Below, in pieces: positions 13,886 through 28,141 of a stretch of 64,000 bases of DNA (the stretch's first letter is position 1; every line of letters starts with the position of its first letter). The position numbers and the translations under genes are program-made. Source of the DNA: Eledone cirrhosa (taxonomy: Eukaryota); assembly GCA_964016885.1 (NCBI GenBank), contig OZ024749.1, positions 46,004,001 to 46,068,000 on the forward strand, in the 5' to 3' direction. Under the pieces are notes generated by a model. That model was not told the origin of the DNA and made no database searches. It saw nothing but the letters and a program-made list of their open reading frames with translations.

Positions 13886-14153
13886 CATCGTGTGTGTATT
13901 TGTATATATAGACATAGGTAGGTAATAGTCTATTTGTTCATATGTTTCAATCACATAATCAAATCTATTTAACCACTCCCTGTACTACAGTATTGTATCT
14001 CTTTTTTTATCTATACACATTTATTATCTTACCATTCAATAAGGTTCTATTGATCTGTCACCTAATATCTATCTGCATATCAAATGCAGATTTGTCTGTT
14101 GGTGTTACTCGAGTTATAAGCGTTGATTGCCGTGTTAATGGTGTAGGTAAGTT

Positions 14154-14342
14154 TTGTTTCTACTTCAGGCAAAAGGCCAGCAATTACCCAAGTGCATTAC
14201 TGGTACTTTATTTTATCGACCCCGTAAGGATGAAAGGCAAAATTAACCTCGGTGGGATTGGAACGCACATTGTAAAGGGGCGTAACGCTATGCTGCAAAG
14301 CATGGCGTCCGACCCTCTACCGATATAGCTAATCCACCGCCC
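14154..14342 (-). mobile_element. tRNA-derived SINE, family A
   Basis: Full-length reverse-complement match to 5049-5238. Confidence 0.92.
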
Positions 14343-14747
14343 TATTAGATACTAGTGGCTATGACGTTTACGATGAAGTAGGCTGTGATGGGGCTCCTGT
14401 AAATATTGATGCTTGTAATTGTTTCGGTTATTCAGTTATGGTGCAGCTTTGTCGCATCAATATTATAGACGATGCATGTAAAGCGCAGGAAGTTGCTATT
14501 GGTGGTAGTGCTGCACATGCAGATGGATTTGAGAAAGTAATAATAAATATGTGATTTTGTTGAACAGGAGAAGAGTGAGAAAAGGGACATAAAAAGTGTG
14601 GTAGTTTTCGAGCCAATGGTGATGAGGTATGATGTTGACGAATGTGGATCAAGTAATGGTTTGACATAATGATGCTGGTGGTTGTGACACCGCCTTTGTA
14701 GTGGCAATAAACAGGGATAGAACAACAACAGAAATAACACCTGTGTC

Positions 14748-15350
<603 letters not shown>

Positions 15351-15916
15351 ATGGCACATTAATAATCACGAGAAAAAGATGCAAATATCGCAAATTACTA
15401 AGGATAAAACAATAATTATGATGACAATAACATAAACAACATCATCATAAAATACATCTAAATCGACAGCAAGTAAAATAATATAAACAGAAATAACAGC
15501 AATAACAGCGACAATGACAACAGAATCAATAAAGGAAATATATTGTGACCAAAAGTGAAACAAAAAATTGAAATAATAAAAGGATAACAAGTTCTTATAT
15601 AAAATACATGTTTAAAAGCATTAACAAAAAACCTAGCATAAATGTAACAAAATATAATGTAAAATATGGTGTAAAATAAAAAAAAACAATAACATATGAA
15701 TGGAGAATATGGCAGAGATTAAAGAGCATGAGAATATATCAGAGAGATGAATGAAATTATATATACGAGCATGCATACTCATACACACGCACTATACATA
15801 CGTATATGTATATATATGTATATATACATATATATGTTTGTATTTATGTATATATATATATATATATATATGTAAGGTAAGTATCTATATATATATATTT
15901 ATATATGTGTATGTAA

Positions 15917-15966
<50 letters not shown>

Positions 15967-16037
15967 GTAAATATGTATATATATATATATATTTATATGT
16001 GTATGTATGTGTATATATATATATGTATATATATATG

Positions 16038-16124
<87 letters not shown>

Positions 16125-16131
16125 GTGTATG

Positions 16132-16176
<45 letters not shown>

Positions 16177-17685
16177 GCATGGAATATCAAAACATAAATC
16201 TCAGAATCAAAATATAGATGTTAAAAAAACAGAAATCATTAGAGAAAACGCCACGGTAATAAATCAAAATGTGAAGATATCAAACGATGGAAAAATAACA
16301 GACATACAGAAAATAATCCTAGAAAACAAACATGGTGTTGTATAAATATAAATAAACAAAAGCACATTAAAACCAAAATTTATAGAAAAAAAAGAAAGAA
16401 GCAATCATAGAGGCGCTTCAAATTGCTGTCATTGGCGGCGAATATAATAGAATATGTGTTGGACGCCTTGTATAATGGAGCTTGACGCTGATGGTCTTTT
16501 TGGGGGAGAAGGTGCTTAATTTTTATATTTTTATGGGATATTTTTTTGTAGCTGCGACTTCTCTGAAAGGAAAGCATAAAATCACCTTCATAAAAATCCC
16601 CTAAAAATATAACAAAATGGTAGAGGTGCAAATATGCTCGGAAAAAAGAAAAAAAACTGTCAAGTAACTAACTCATCGGTTAGTTTTTTGCGCCTCTGAT
16701 ACCACCTCGTTCGTTTAGAACTTTCGTCGTTGTTTATCATTCTTTATATTTTTACTCTACATTATAGAACACCTTTGTATTATTTATTTTATCTTGTTTT
16801 TTTTTTCATACTGACGACTGTTATTATTTCTAATAATTCGCTTTATATTATACATGATGCTCTGTATTAGCCTACCTTGCCCATGCCACAAACATCAACA
16901 CTCTCACTAATATTCTTCTAGCATCCACACACGGAGTGTTTCTTTCTGTGTTCTCTATATTTTCTGTGACTCCATATATATTTTATGCCTGTGAACATCG
17001 GCCTCCGTTTTTAACTCCATTTCCGTTTTATTTTCCATTATTTAACTATTATATCTATACCCAAGAAGCCATCGTGGGCTAGCTCATTGCTGATCGCACA
17101 TGTTCGACCATATGTATTTCTGGGTATAACGAAACTTTATATATGAAGGTTGAATATTCACGATACTTTTGCAGACATCTGGTTCAAGCTTGACAGAAAC
17201 CTGATGTCATGGTATTAGAAGTCTTTCCTATATCGACATAAATGATGTGATATGAATAACAAATAGAAATGGGTGACAAACATTGATCATCAATATTGCC
17301 TATAATACAAACAATCTCTTCTGGCTGGTAGAGTCCAACCCACACGGATATATTACGTATTTCTCTCCCTCTTATCTGTTCCTCTCTAATATATGTATAT
17401 GCGTGTGTGTGTGTGTGCCTCTGTATGTGTGTGTATGGGTGGGCTTTTGTATCTGTGGTGATTCTTTGCGTGTGCCTGTATACGATGTGTCTTTCTGAAG
17501 ACAGTAACATAGGGAAACAAGCATGGCGTCGTTAAGATCGACTAAACACCATTGAAGGTTGTGTTCAAGCATGACCACAATTTAATAACTGAATACAGCA
17601 ATATAATAATAGAAATAGAAAATATAACGTTGCACATTTTAAGGAAGAAAATTATTGTGGTTCATGAAATCAACCGCAGTAAACG

Positions 17686-17831
17686 ACAGGTAATAATTTC
17701 ATCGACCCGTAGATAAATGAAAATTGAAGTGGACGTTAGCGAAGTTTGAACTGACAACACATTCAAGGTTCTAATTAAATACCACTAGGAATTTTGGCTA
17801 GCGCTCAGCCGATTCCTCCCACCCAGGCGCC
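17686..17831 (-). mobile_element. Highly diverged SINE family A relative
   Basis: ATTTCATCGACCCGTAGATAAATGAAA...TTTGAACT...CGATTC...GCC is collinear with the reverse-complement SINE. Confidence 0.5.
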
Positions 17832-18049
17832 TTCCACCTTTATTAATGAGAACTGAAATAACTACCATTATAATTTCAAGGCTGTAATTAGACGTGCGAA
17901 AGAATACATTAGATTCACACAACAAAGCATTAACGATACACAATTCTCTCTCTCTATTTATTAATCCCTCTTTATTTATTTCTAGGTCTCTGTCCCTTAC
18001 TCTCCCTCTCTCCATTTCTCTTCACCTATATATGTTTCCCCCCATCTTT

Positions 18050-18168
<119 letters not shown>

Positions 18169-18422
18169 CTTAATCCCTCCTTATTTATTTCTAGAACTCA
18201 GTTACTTTCTCTCCCTCTCTTCATTTCTCTCCATCTCTCTCCCTCTTCTCTCTCCCTAGTATATCCCTCTTCTCTCTCCTCTCTATGTCTCCCTCTCTCA
18301 CTATATATATATATTACTTAATTCCTCATTATTCCTTTCTAGAAATTTGTTCCTTTCTCTAACTGTCTCCATTTATCTCCATCTATCTATTGTCCAACCC
18401 ATCACACCCCCCTCCCCCCTCT

Positions 18423-18476
<54 letters not shown>

Positions 18477-19202
18477 GTCTCTCACTATCTCTATATTAAA
18501 TTCATGTGTCTCTAGGCTTGTTCAATAAAAATATGATATTATACCTCCACCGGTATCGACGATGACTGTTGAAATGTAAGACTGTGATAGATCTGTAAAT
18601 TGTGGCTAACGAAGAAAAGACAGGAAGAGATGAACAAAATTCTAATAGAGTGAAACATCAATTCACTCTAATAGAGTGAAATCTCAATTCGATCTTCAAG
18701 AGAGTTCGTCACCCGAAATCTTTGTAAACTGAAACTATATTTTACATCTGAAACGTTAAGAGAGAAATCAACTAAAAGGGTGGTTCTTTGTGAATGACAG
18801 AGATATATCACCATAGTAAATAGCTACAGAGAAAGTGACACTTTCCCGCAGGTACTCAAAGCTTGTTGTCAAAAGTTATTGCCGACTTCTGTGTTCGTTA
18901 CACGAGACACCGATCGAGAACCGAGACGTGTTATGTTCGGAAAACATTTTTATTGAAACGATTTATTCATGATGAGAGGCGCTCGTAAACCGAGGTTCCA
19001 CTATATGATACTATGAAAGTGGCAGAAACATACAGAGTGAAATATGGAATAATTTAATGTTAGAATCTTTTTCTCTCCTCCCTAAACACACAGGCACACA
19101 CTCTCTTATATATATATATGTACATACACAAACACAAACACACACACACATGTATACTGTATATATATATATAAATATATATGCACATATATATATATAT
19201 AC

Positions 19203-19313
<111 letters not shown>

Positions 19314-20177
19314 ATAAATATATAGTGTATTCTTAGAGATATAGAGATATATCGCCGCATTCATTCAAAAACTGAAACGAAACTGAAAGAATCAAAGTAA
19401 AACCAATATTAATATTATTATTGTGAAATTATTATTATTATTGAAATATAATTAAAAGAAAAGAATTACAATATAAAAAAAGTGAATCAAACATTAACTA
19501 TTTTGTAATTGGTGTATAATTGATGCCTGCACTTAACAATGGATCGAATTAATAAATATAAAGATATAAACAAATGAAGAATGAAAGAACTACTGTAGAG
19601 AGAAATAGAAAAAAATGAAGTTGATATGAACGATAGAAAGAAAAAAATGATGTGGTATTGGAAAACAGAAATAAACTCCCTCATCCCACCCCCCAGTCTC
19701 CCCCAAAAATAATAGTAAAAAAAAAACGCAGAAAAAATGACAAAGAAAGCAGAGGAGGATAAAAACGACTCGAAAAAAATTGAATGAAAAATAATAGTTT
19801 TAAAAAGAGAAAATGGCGAAATTATAGAAAGAGATCCGATGAAAGAAATACGAGTGCGGTATGCGATGTTCAGTGGTTTAAATAGATGCGTAAATTGGAT
19901 TAAATAGCAGGAAAATGGTTTATCTGTATTGAAGGATATTGGTGGAAAACTAAATTAAAGAATGAGTGAAAGTGATAGAAAATAACCAAAGAGAGGGTGT
20001 ACTGTATAAAGTGTGGAAAATACTGACATTTTTTAAAAATGTTTCATTAATGTATGAATCATAACGATATACAGAAAGAGTTGTTATATGTTAATGTGGG
20101 TGTACATCTTTTGTAGTACGAGTTTTGTGCCTGTATGTGTTTATTTAAAAAAAAATGTATGCATACACATATTTACA

Positions 20178-20238
<61 letters not shown>

Positions 20239-21701
20239 ATATATATATTGATATATTGTTAAAACACACACATATATGTATATATGTGTGTGTGCGTGCG
20301 TGCATATATGTGTATTTGTGTGTGTATGCGTTAAATATGTAAATGTGTCCTACTCCATCTTGCAATATATGCGTTAGGGTTTGTGTGTTTGTAACTGCTG
20401 TTGTAGAATTTATTCAATTTTCTCTAGATGAATACAAAGTATTGAAATTATATTATTTAACGTGTCACGTCATATTTGACCCATACTTGAAGAAATCATA
20501 CAAAAGGAAAATCGAAAGACAGAACCAAAAAGACAAAATGACACATATACACACATATAAACACCAGCACCACACAGAGACTTAGACATACATACTGGAA
20601 TAATCACAGAAATACACATTTTCACTCAGAAAATTGAAGCAAATAATGAAATAATTCCAAACCAGTTCCCTAATTACAAATAATATTTCCTTGTAAATGT
20701 CATATAGTGTTCTAAATTTACTGGACGTGACTGGATGCATATGGGTGCCGGTATACATGTTTGTGTGCGTTTATAAGTGTCTGTTCGTATGCGACATTGA
20801 TATTATATACATCCTTGTGTTTTTCTGCGCAGTTGTGAGTGTATGCATTGAAATACACACAGAGACACACATACACATACACAAACACATTCATACACAT
20901 TTTATATATATGTGTGTGTATTTGTGCACATGCGTATGTGTTTGTGTGTGCGTGTGCGTGTGTTTTTTTACTGAGTCTATCAACAAAATGTGTAGTCGCA
21001 GTTTACATAAACAGAGACAATTTAGTATGATATGTACACACTAAAATTCATTGCGCAACCAAATGTTTCATGCTCTCACAATATACATGTTTATTTGGGG
21101 ATGATATTTTGGCCAATATTGCTTTCATAACTGGTAAACATCACTTGAGATTCAATTGTTATCCCCTTCAATCTTTAGCCTATTGTAAGAAATAGAATTA
21201 ATCAGATATACTAAAGGAATTTCAGTTGTGCTTCAGGTGAGTGACAACATGTTTTGTAAACCTTCAGTTGATCGTATTTCCTTGTGTCAGGTATGTGATT
21301 ATGGTTCTATTTCGCTGTTATGTTTTGACAGGTGAAATCCATTTCTTTAAGGCTGGTTGATAACATATCCTTGTTTTTCATTAAAATATTTGTTTGTTTG
21401 GCTATTACATTATTTTCCCTCGCAGAGCAAATTTATCATCTCCTTACTCCTTTGGGTTTAATGAGTTACACGTCGAATTCAAAATGTTCAATACACCGAT
21501 TTCCTAATATCCACATCATTGTATTATGTATATTATTATATAATTCTGAATGTATATTTACGAATTTGAAAATGGGTGTTAATTCCGCTTTGAATTATAA
21601 TATTATTTTGAACAATTTTACAATCACTTGTCAGTTGTGTAATCGTATTCAAGCATTTCAGATAAGAGGGATATATCTGTACTGTATATATATATATATA
21701 T

Positions 21702-21769
<68 letters not shown>

Positions 21770-21772
<3 letters not shown>

Positions 21773-22157
21773 AGGTCACCATTCGGTGCTACTGATAACA
21801 TGTTTCCCTGTTCAACCTGTCTCATGGTCGGGTCGTTGGCGACTAAACTGGCAACCCCACCAACGTTTCTTGGTGAGGAGGGTGACTTTGGACATCTTGC
21901 AGGACTAAAAACAAAACCTGTCAAAGGGCAAAGGAGCTCTTAAGAGTCAATGGCCAAAATAATCACTTGGAGTAATGACCCCTTGGAGTAATGACCCCAG
22001 CCCCATGTGTCAATAATTGTGACAAGTGTAGTGTTTTTACCAGAGTTTTCAAGTCGCTGGCTGGACTAAAAAGTCACACTCGTTCAGTCTATCGGTAGGG
22101 ATTCTCCTACATGGATATAAAGTAGTGGCGGTACTCGAAAACGAGTTGGCACCTACC
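21770..22157 (+). mobile_element. Internally deleted RTE-clade LINE derivative (5' UTR joined to ORF C-terminus and 3' UTR), inserted in (TA)n
   Basis: The 5' part has GTCG..GGCGACTAAA within an HDV-like fold. The 3' part encodes CDKCSVFTRVFKSLAGLKSHTRSVYR* (22018-22098), resembling the C2H2-type motif at the end of RTE ORFs. A short 3' UTR with CTCG-AAAA-CGAG hairpin is followed by (TA)n. There is a 16-bp tandem duplication CTTGGAGTAATGACCC near the junction. Confidence 0.75.
21774..21851 (+). ncRNA. HDV-like (delta-like) ribozyme fold, partly decayed
   Basis: P1 GGTCA(21774-78)/TGGTC(21825-29); P2 CCTGT(21807-11)/ACTGG(21847-51), one mismatch; P3 TCA/TCA, central mismatch; L3 ACCTGTC with CC pairing GG(21830-31) as P1.1; P4 TCG-TTGG-CGA; J4/2 CTAA with candidate catalytic C21843. 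Confidence 0.6.
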
Positions 22158-22172
22158 ATATATATATATATG

Positions 22173-22250
<78 letters not shown>

Positions 22251-22904
22251 GCTTTCTTGGCTTTTGATCTAATATGTCCTTTAAAGCAAACTCACTCTTA
22301 TACTGCTGATATTTTCAAATGTGTTTATTAACCAATGTGGTACTTTGCATTAGATTAATGTCTTACGTTAATATTTTTTATCCAGATTATATCTTGTGGA
22401 GCAGAAGATATAATATATGAAATTTTTCTGTCTTTCTTAAACAGATTTCCTGAATATCTCCTGTTTCAAGAAGTATTGAGTATTTCGTTACGTATAGTGC
22501 TAATTAATTTTCCATAAACTAAAGGGATGGAATGTGATTAAATATTTATTGTTTCTACTTGTATTATTAATATATTTACCGAGACATTGAATAGGACCCC
22601 AAAGTAGGGAAATGAGTCATGTATATGGATAATCACTTCGATAATTGTCATTACTGCAACAATGGAAGGATCTCTTGAAGAAGAGATTATATTATGATAT
22701 CGATTTACAATGAGGTACGGAAAAGTAAAGAAATTCTCGGCTTATTGACGAAAAGTTATTGGCCAAATCATAGAAAAATCATGTATCGAGTTATTCCAGC
22801 CTCTCTAAATACAATTGCTCTGAGATTTCCAGTAGATCTTGTACTCAGTAATGGTAACATTTGTGCAGATTGTGATGTTGATCTGAAATTAGGACTTGAA
22901 GCAT

Positions 22905-23114
22905 TGCAATGATGATGTGGATACTGATGATGTTGAAGAACATTATTATTCATTTCATGTTCCTGGTGATGTTGTTGATGACACTGATGATGATGGTGGA
23001 GGTGATGATGAAAGAGAGGATAATGATGATATTGATAGTGATGATGATGATGATGATGATGTTGATGATGGTGATGATGGAGAAGGTGATGATGAAGGAG
23101 GTGATGTTGACAGA

Positions 23115-23155
<41 letters not shown>

Positions 23156-23500
23156 GGATGATGATGAGGTTGATGATGAGGATGATGATGAGGTTGATGA
23201 AGGAGAAGTAGAAGAAAAAGAAGGAGGAGGAGGAGAAGATAAAGAAGAAGAAGAAGAAAAAAGAATCATGATGATCATGATGATCATGATCATGATGATG
23301 ACAGAGATGATGATGATTATGATAATCATGATCATGATCATGATGATGGTGATGATGATCGAGACGATGAGGACGATGGTAATGATGAAGATGATAATGT
23401 TGGTTGTGTCTATGGTGGTGTTGTTGTTGCGGATAATGTTTATGGTGATGATGACGATGATGATGATGATGATGATGATGAGGATGATGATGATGATATT
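22905..23500. repeat. Degenerate (GAT)n/(GAA)n triplet tract
   Basis: Directly visible; source of the poly-D/M pseudo-ORFs. Confidence 0.9.
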
Positions 23501-23852
23501 GGAGCTGTTGTTAAAATCCTTCAAAAAAGTAAAGAAAGTAAAAAATAAAAAAAAAAATAAAAATTCGCTATAAATGTGCGTGTGACAAACAATAGAACGA
23601 AACAAGAACAACATCAACAAAAATGACAACAACGGCAACAACAATAGAAGCAAGGGCCACCATAATGACATCAACAATAATACTAATTTGATTAGGGGCT
23701 CCAACCTTGTCTCGAACCCTTCATTCATTCATTTCTACTCAGCACTATAGGGAGACATCATTAATCAGAGACACACACACGGATATAAACTAAATAGAGA
23801 AATAAATAAACACACACACATACACACACACACACAGACAGACAGACAGACA

Positions 23853-23910
<58 letters not shown>

Positions 23911-24040
23911 CACACGCACACACACACACACGCACACACTCACACACTAAATAATAAATGTAAATAAAAATCAAATGAAACAAACAAAAGAAGATTGAAT
24001 TAAGCACGTGGAAGTGTGATCGTTGAAATTTCGCCTGATG

Positions 24041-24130
<90 letters not shown>

Positions 24131-24256
24131 TATATGTATATATACACACACAAACATATATATATATATATATATATTATTTATATCTTATATATATATT
24201 TATGTATGTGTGAGTATATATATATATATATATGTTTGTGTGTGTATATATACATC

Positions 24257-24353
<97 letters not shown>

Positions 24354-24859
24354 GTATATCCGTACATAACAATAATCATATTAAACATAATAATAAACGA
24401 ATAATACTAAGAAGAAGAAGATCGGTAGGAGCTGTGTCAATAGTAATAAAACAATAATAACACCAATAACAACAATAACAACAATAACAACAATAATAAC
24501 AATAATTATAGTGTCCCTTGGTGGTACTTGGCGCAAGTGGCTGCGATTTTCCCTGTCAATCGCTGCAGTTGCCCGGTGATAAAATGGCCAACGAAGTAAA
24601 TTAAATCTCTTCTCCCTCATGTTCAGGAAGAAATATATTTATATGTATATTAAAATACATCTCTCTTACCCACTTATTATCTCCCTTCTCCTCTGTCTGC
24701 TTCTGCATATCTCCCCCTACCACTCTCTTTCTCTCTCTCTCTGTCTCTCAATCTGTGTCTCTCACTCACACACACTCTCTCTCTCTCACACACACTCTTT
24801 CTCAGGCACTTACACCCCCCTCAAACACACACTCTCACTCTTCCTCACACACATACACA

Positions 24860-24897
<38 letters not shown>

Positions 24898-25634
24898 CAG
24901 ATACACACACACTCTCTCTCCCTCTCTCCCCATACCGTCGTTCTCTCTATTTAATACTACTTTCCCATTTTGCATCCCTAAATCTGCCTCTGCACACGCA
25001 TATGCGTCAATTTTAATATTTCCCCAACTCCATTTCCGTCAAATTCTTCATCATCATCATCATCATCTTCATCATCATCTTCGTCATAGTCCACTTCATT
25101 TTCCTCCTCTACCTCATCACCATCATCATCATTAATATAATCATCGTTCGCCGTCACGCCACCGCCATAATAATTCCCATTCTTGTTTTTTATCATACCC
25201 CTCAATCTTCCATAAACTGCTCCCTCTGCATATGGGCATGCGTGGGCACAATGAAATCACTCAAGCCATTTATTTAATATTGGTTGCGCAGCCATCATCA
25301 GCGGTACGCTCCTAGCCGCCACCGCCACCACCAGCAGCACTACAACCTCCGCCATCACAATCAACATCAGCTACATCACCACCACCACCAACAACAACAT
25401 CAACACACCTCCACCATCAATAGAAGATCTACCATTTCTCGCCCATCATCAAAAATACTTCCAACTCCCACTGACACCTTACACATTACCACCAACACCA
25501 CCAGCACCGCAGTCGCTATCAGTAACACTAGAATCATAGCAAACAACAACAAAATTCCACCCCCACTGAAATCAGTTCTGTCAATCCAACGGCCACAATA
25601 CTATCAGCACCATCAGTAAATAATTATTCTTATT

Positions 25635-25836
25635 GGTGGATTGGCAGTATCGGTAGAGGGTCGGACGCCATGCTTTGACGCAACGAGTTACGGCCCTTGC
25701 CATTTTGAGTTCAAATCCCTCCGAGGTTAACTTTGCCTTTCATCCTTACGGGTCGATAAAATAAAGTACCAGCAATTCCCCAGTGCATTACGCACTGGGG
25801 AATTGCTGACCTTGGGCCAAAAGTGGAAACAATTAT
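25635..25836 (+). mobile_element. tRNA-derived SINE, family A, with internal inverted duplication
   Basis: Full-length match to 5049-5238 plus a 17-bp perfect hairpin at 25770-25808. Confidence 0.93.
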
Positions 25837-25990
25837 GATTACATTCCGTTTTCAAACCCTACCCAAGTAAATTTTCACCATTCCAGGGTCAGCAAAATCA
25901 AGTACTATCAAGTATAGGAATAGAATTCGTCGACATTCACCACCAAAATATTGTGTCTCAATTATAAGCTATTGTGACAATCACCAGATA

Positions 25991-26205
25991 ATGATTTCTA
26001 CCATAGGGACAAGGCCAGTAATTTAGGGGGGGGGGACAAGTCGATTAAATCAACCCAGTACATTACTGGTGCTTTATTTTATCGACCCCGTAAGGATTAA
26101 AGGCAAAGTTAACCTCGGCGGTATTTGAACTCAGGCTGTAAAGGGGCGTAACTCTATGCTACAAAACATGGCGTCCGACGCTCTATCGATACTGCCAATC
26201 CACCA
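25991..26205 (-). mobile_element. tRNA-derived SINE, family A (long-tail form)
   Basis: Reverse-complement match. The tail has an extra GGGGGGGGGGACAAGTCGATTAAATCAACCC segment absent from short-tail copies. Confidence 0.9.
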
Positions 26206-26210
26206 GATAG

Positions 26211-26423
26211 TGGTGAATTTACAGAATCGTTAAATCATCTGACAAATAACTTTGTGGTATTTAGTTACTTCTCATTACATTCTGCGTTAAAAACTCGCCC
26301 AGGTTATCTTTGCCTTACATCTATCTGTGGTCGATAAAATAATGTACACGTCCATTGATAGGGTCGATATAATCGACGTTCCTCTTTCCTCTAAAAGTTT
26401 CGCTTAACTTAGAAACCGTTATA
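26211..26423 (+). mobile_element. Diverged SINE family A (long-tail form), head-to-head with the previous copy
   Basis: TGGTGAATT..AGAATCGTTA...TTTGCCTTACATC...GGTCGATAAAATAA...GGGTCGATATAATCGAC...TTAGAAACCGTTAT. Confidence 0.7.
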
Positions 26424-26434
26424 ATTCTCACTAT

Positions 26435-26482
<48 letters not shown>

Positions 26483-27077
26483 CACTGTAGATGCTGTTGA
26501 AAAAAATTAGCTTTCCAAATTTATCATATTGACCCATATTACACTTTAAGTTATATTCATCTTTATTTATTGTTTGTCGTTGAATTCATTTTTTTATTTT
26601 TCGATTATTCTTATTATCATGTTATTATTATTACTATTATAATTTATGTTTTACTTTGCTTAATGCTTACAGGACTGAAACCAATTCCCAAGAGTTTACC
26701 AACCCACATCCTTCCATTTTTATTCGCTCGCTCACACACTCAACCAACCAATCGCATATTCGCTCGATTGCTCGATAGCTCGTTCGTTCCTTTGCTCGCT
26801 CGTATGTCGTAACGAGTGTCATGATTAGTATTTTGATAAATGACCGATGAGAAAGCAGACATAATGACGGAGGAAGAATATGTGATGAACTGCTGTTCGT
26901 GTCAGCCATGACACATACACATGGGCCTCGTTAGTAAAGTTGCTAACTTAATGACGTTATAGGTGTCAATGTGATGAATGATTCTCGTTGTAACAATATT
27001 GTTAACACATTAGCAGTTTTAGCGACAATGCTGATGACTGTGGCGATAATAATTACAGTAATAATAATAACAATAAT

Positions 27078-27390
27078 AACGATTTCTGATTTAGGCTCAA
27101 GGCCAGTAATTTGTATGGTGTAGATGGAAAGCCAATTACATCAAAACTTATACTATATTTTATCGAACCCAGAATGATGAAACGCTAAATTGACCTTGAT
27201 GTGATGCGATTTCAAAACGTACAGCGCAGTAATGCACGTGGCAAAGAACTTTTCCGATGCTCTCATACTGATTTTTAATTAAAGCACAAGGCCAGCACGA
27301 ATGCGCATTTCGACTATATTATGTCAAGTATCTGATAGGTATCTTTTCTTATCGATACCTGGAAGCATGATTGTACAAAGTTGATTTCCA
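27078..27390 (-). mobile_element. Two consecutive diverged SINE family A fragments
   Basis: TTTCTGATTTAGGCTCAAGGCCAGTAATTT...TTTTATCGAACCC...ATGAAA, then AAAGCACAAGGCCAGCA...TTATCGA...ATGA. Confidence 0.6.
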
Positions 27391-27632
27391 TAATTTTCTT
27401 TCTAGTAACAGTTCTAACAACATGTAGTTGGCAACATGTTATATATGACTATATTGGGCGCGGGTGGGACTCGACATCATATGGTAAGAGTATTCAAATA
27501 AATATCAGTCATTACTCGGTTCCTACTGACAATATTTAATCACCTACAATATCAAACATTGTCTTAAGTGTAGTTGCAACCACAGCAGCAGCAACACGAT
27601 TATTATGAACAACCCCATGATGAACACCATCA

Positions 27633-27633
27633 A

Positions 27634-27718
<85 letters not shown>

Positions 27719-27741
27719 GGTGGTGGTGGTAGTAGTAGTAA

Positions 27742-27805
<64 letters not shown>

Positions 27806-27821
27806 GGTGGTGGCGGTGGTG

Positions 27822-27865
<44 letters not shown>

Positions 27866-27922
27866 TGTAGTAGTAGTAGTACTGGTGGTGGTGGTGGTGG
27901 TGGTGGTAGTAGTAGTAGTAGA

Positions 27923-27953
<31 letters not shown>

Positions 27954-27974
27954 GTAGTAGTAGTAGTGGTGGCG

Positions 27975-28019
<45 letters not shown>

Positions 28020-28052
28020 CTAGTAGTAGTTGTAGTAGTAGTAGTAGTAGTG

Positions 28053-28106
<54 letters not shown>

Positions 28107-28107
28107 A

Positions 28108-28140
<33 letters not shown>
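27633..28140. repeat. (AGT)n/(GGT)n/(AGC)n compound microsatellite
   Basis: Directly visible. Confidence 0.95.

Positions 28141-28141
<1 letters not shown>

Noticed and set aside
18965-19003. ATGATGA-GAG(GCG)CTC-GTAAACCGAGGTTC hammerhead-like string
   Set aside because: Both core boxes are altered and there is no stem I.
21231-21335. Cluster of splice-like signals (CAG|GTGAGT, CAG|GTATGT, TTTTGACAG)
   Set aside because: The implied introns are only ~31 and ~41 nt and no coherent reading frame results.
22896-23573. 225-aa acidic (poly-D/E) ORF
   Set aside because: Degenerate (GAT)n tract that shifts into poly-M, open on both strands, with no supporting gene structure.
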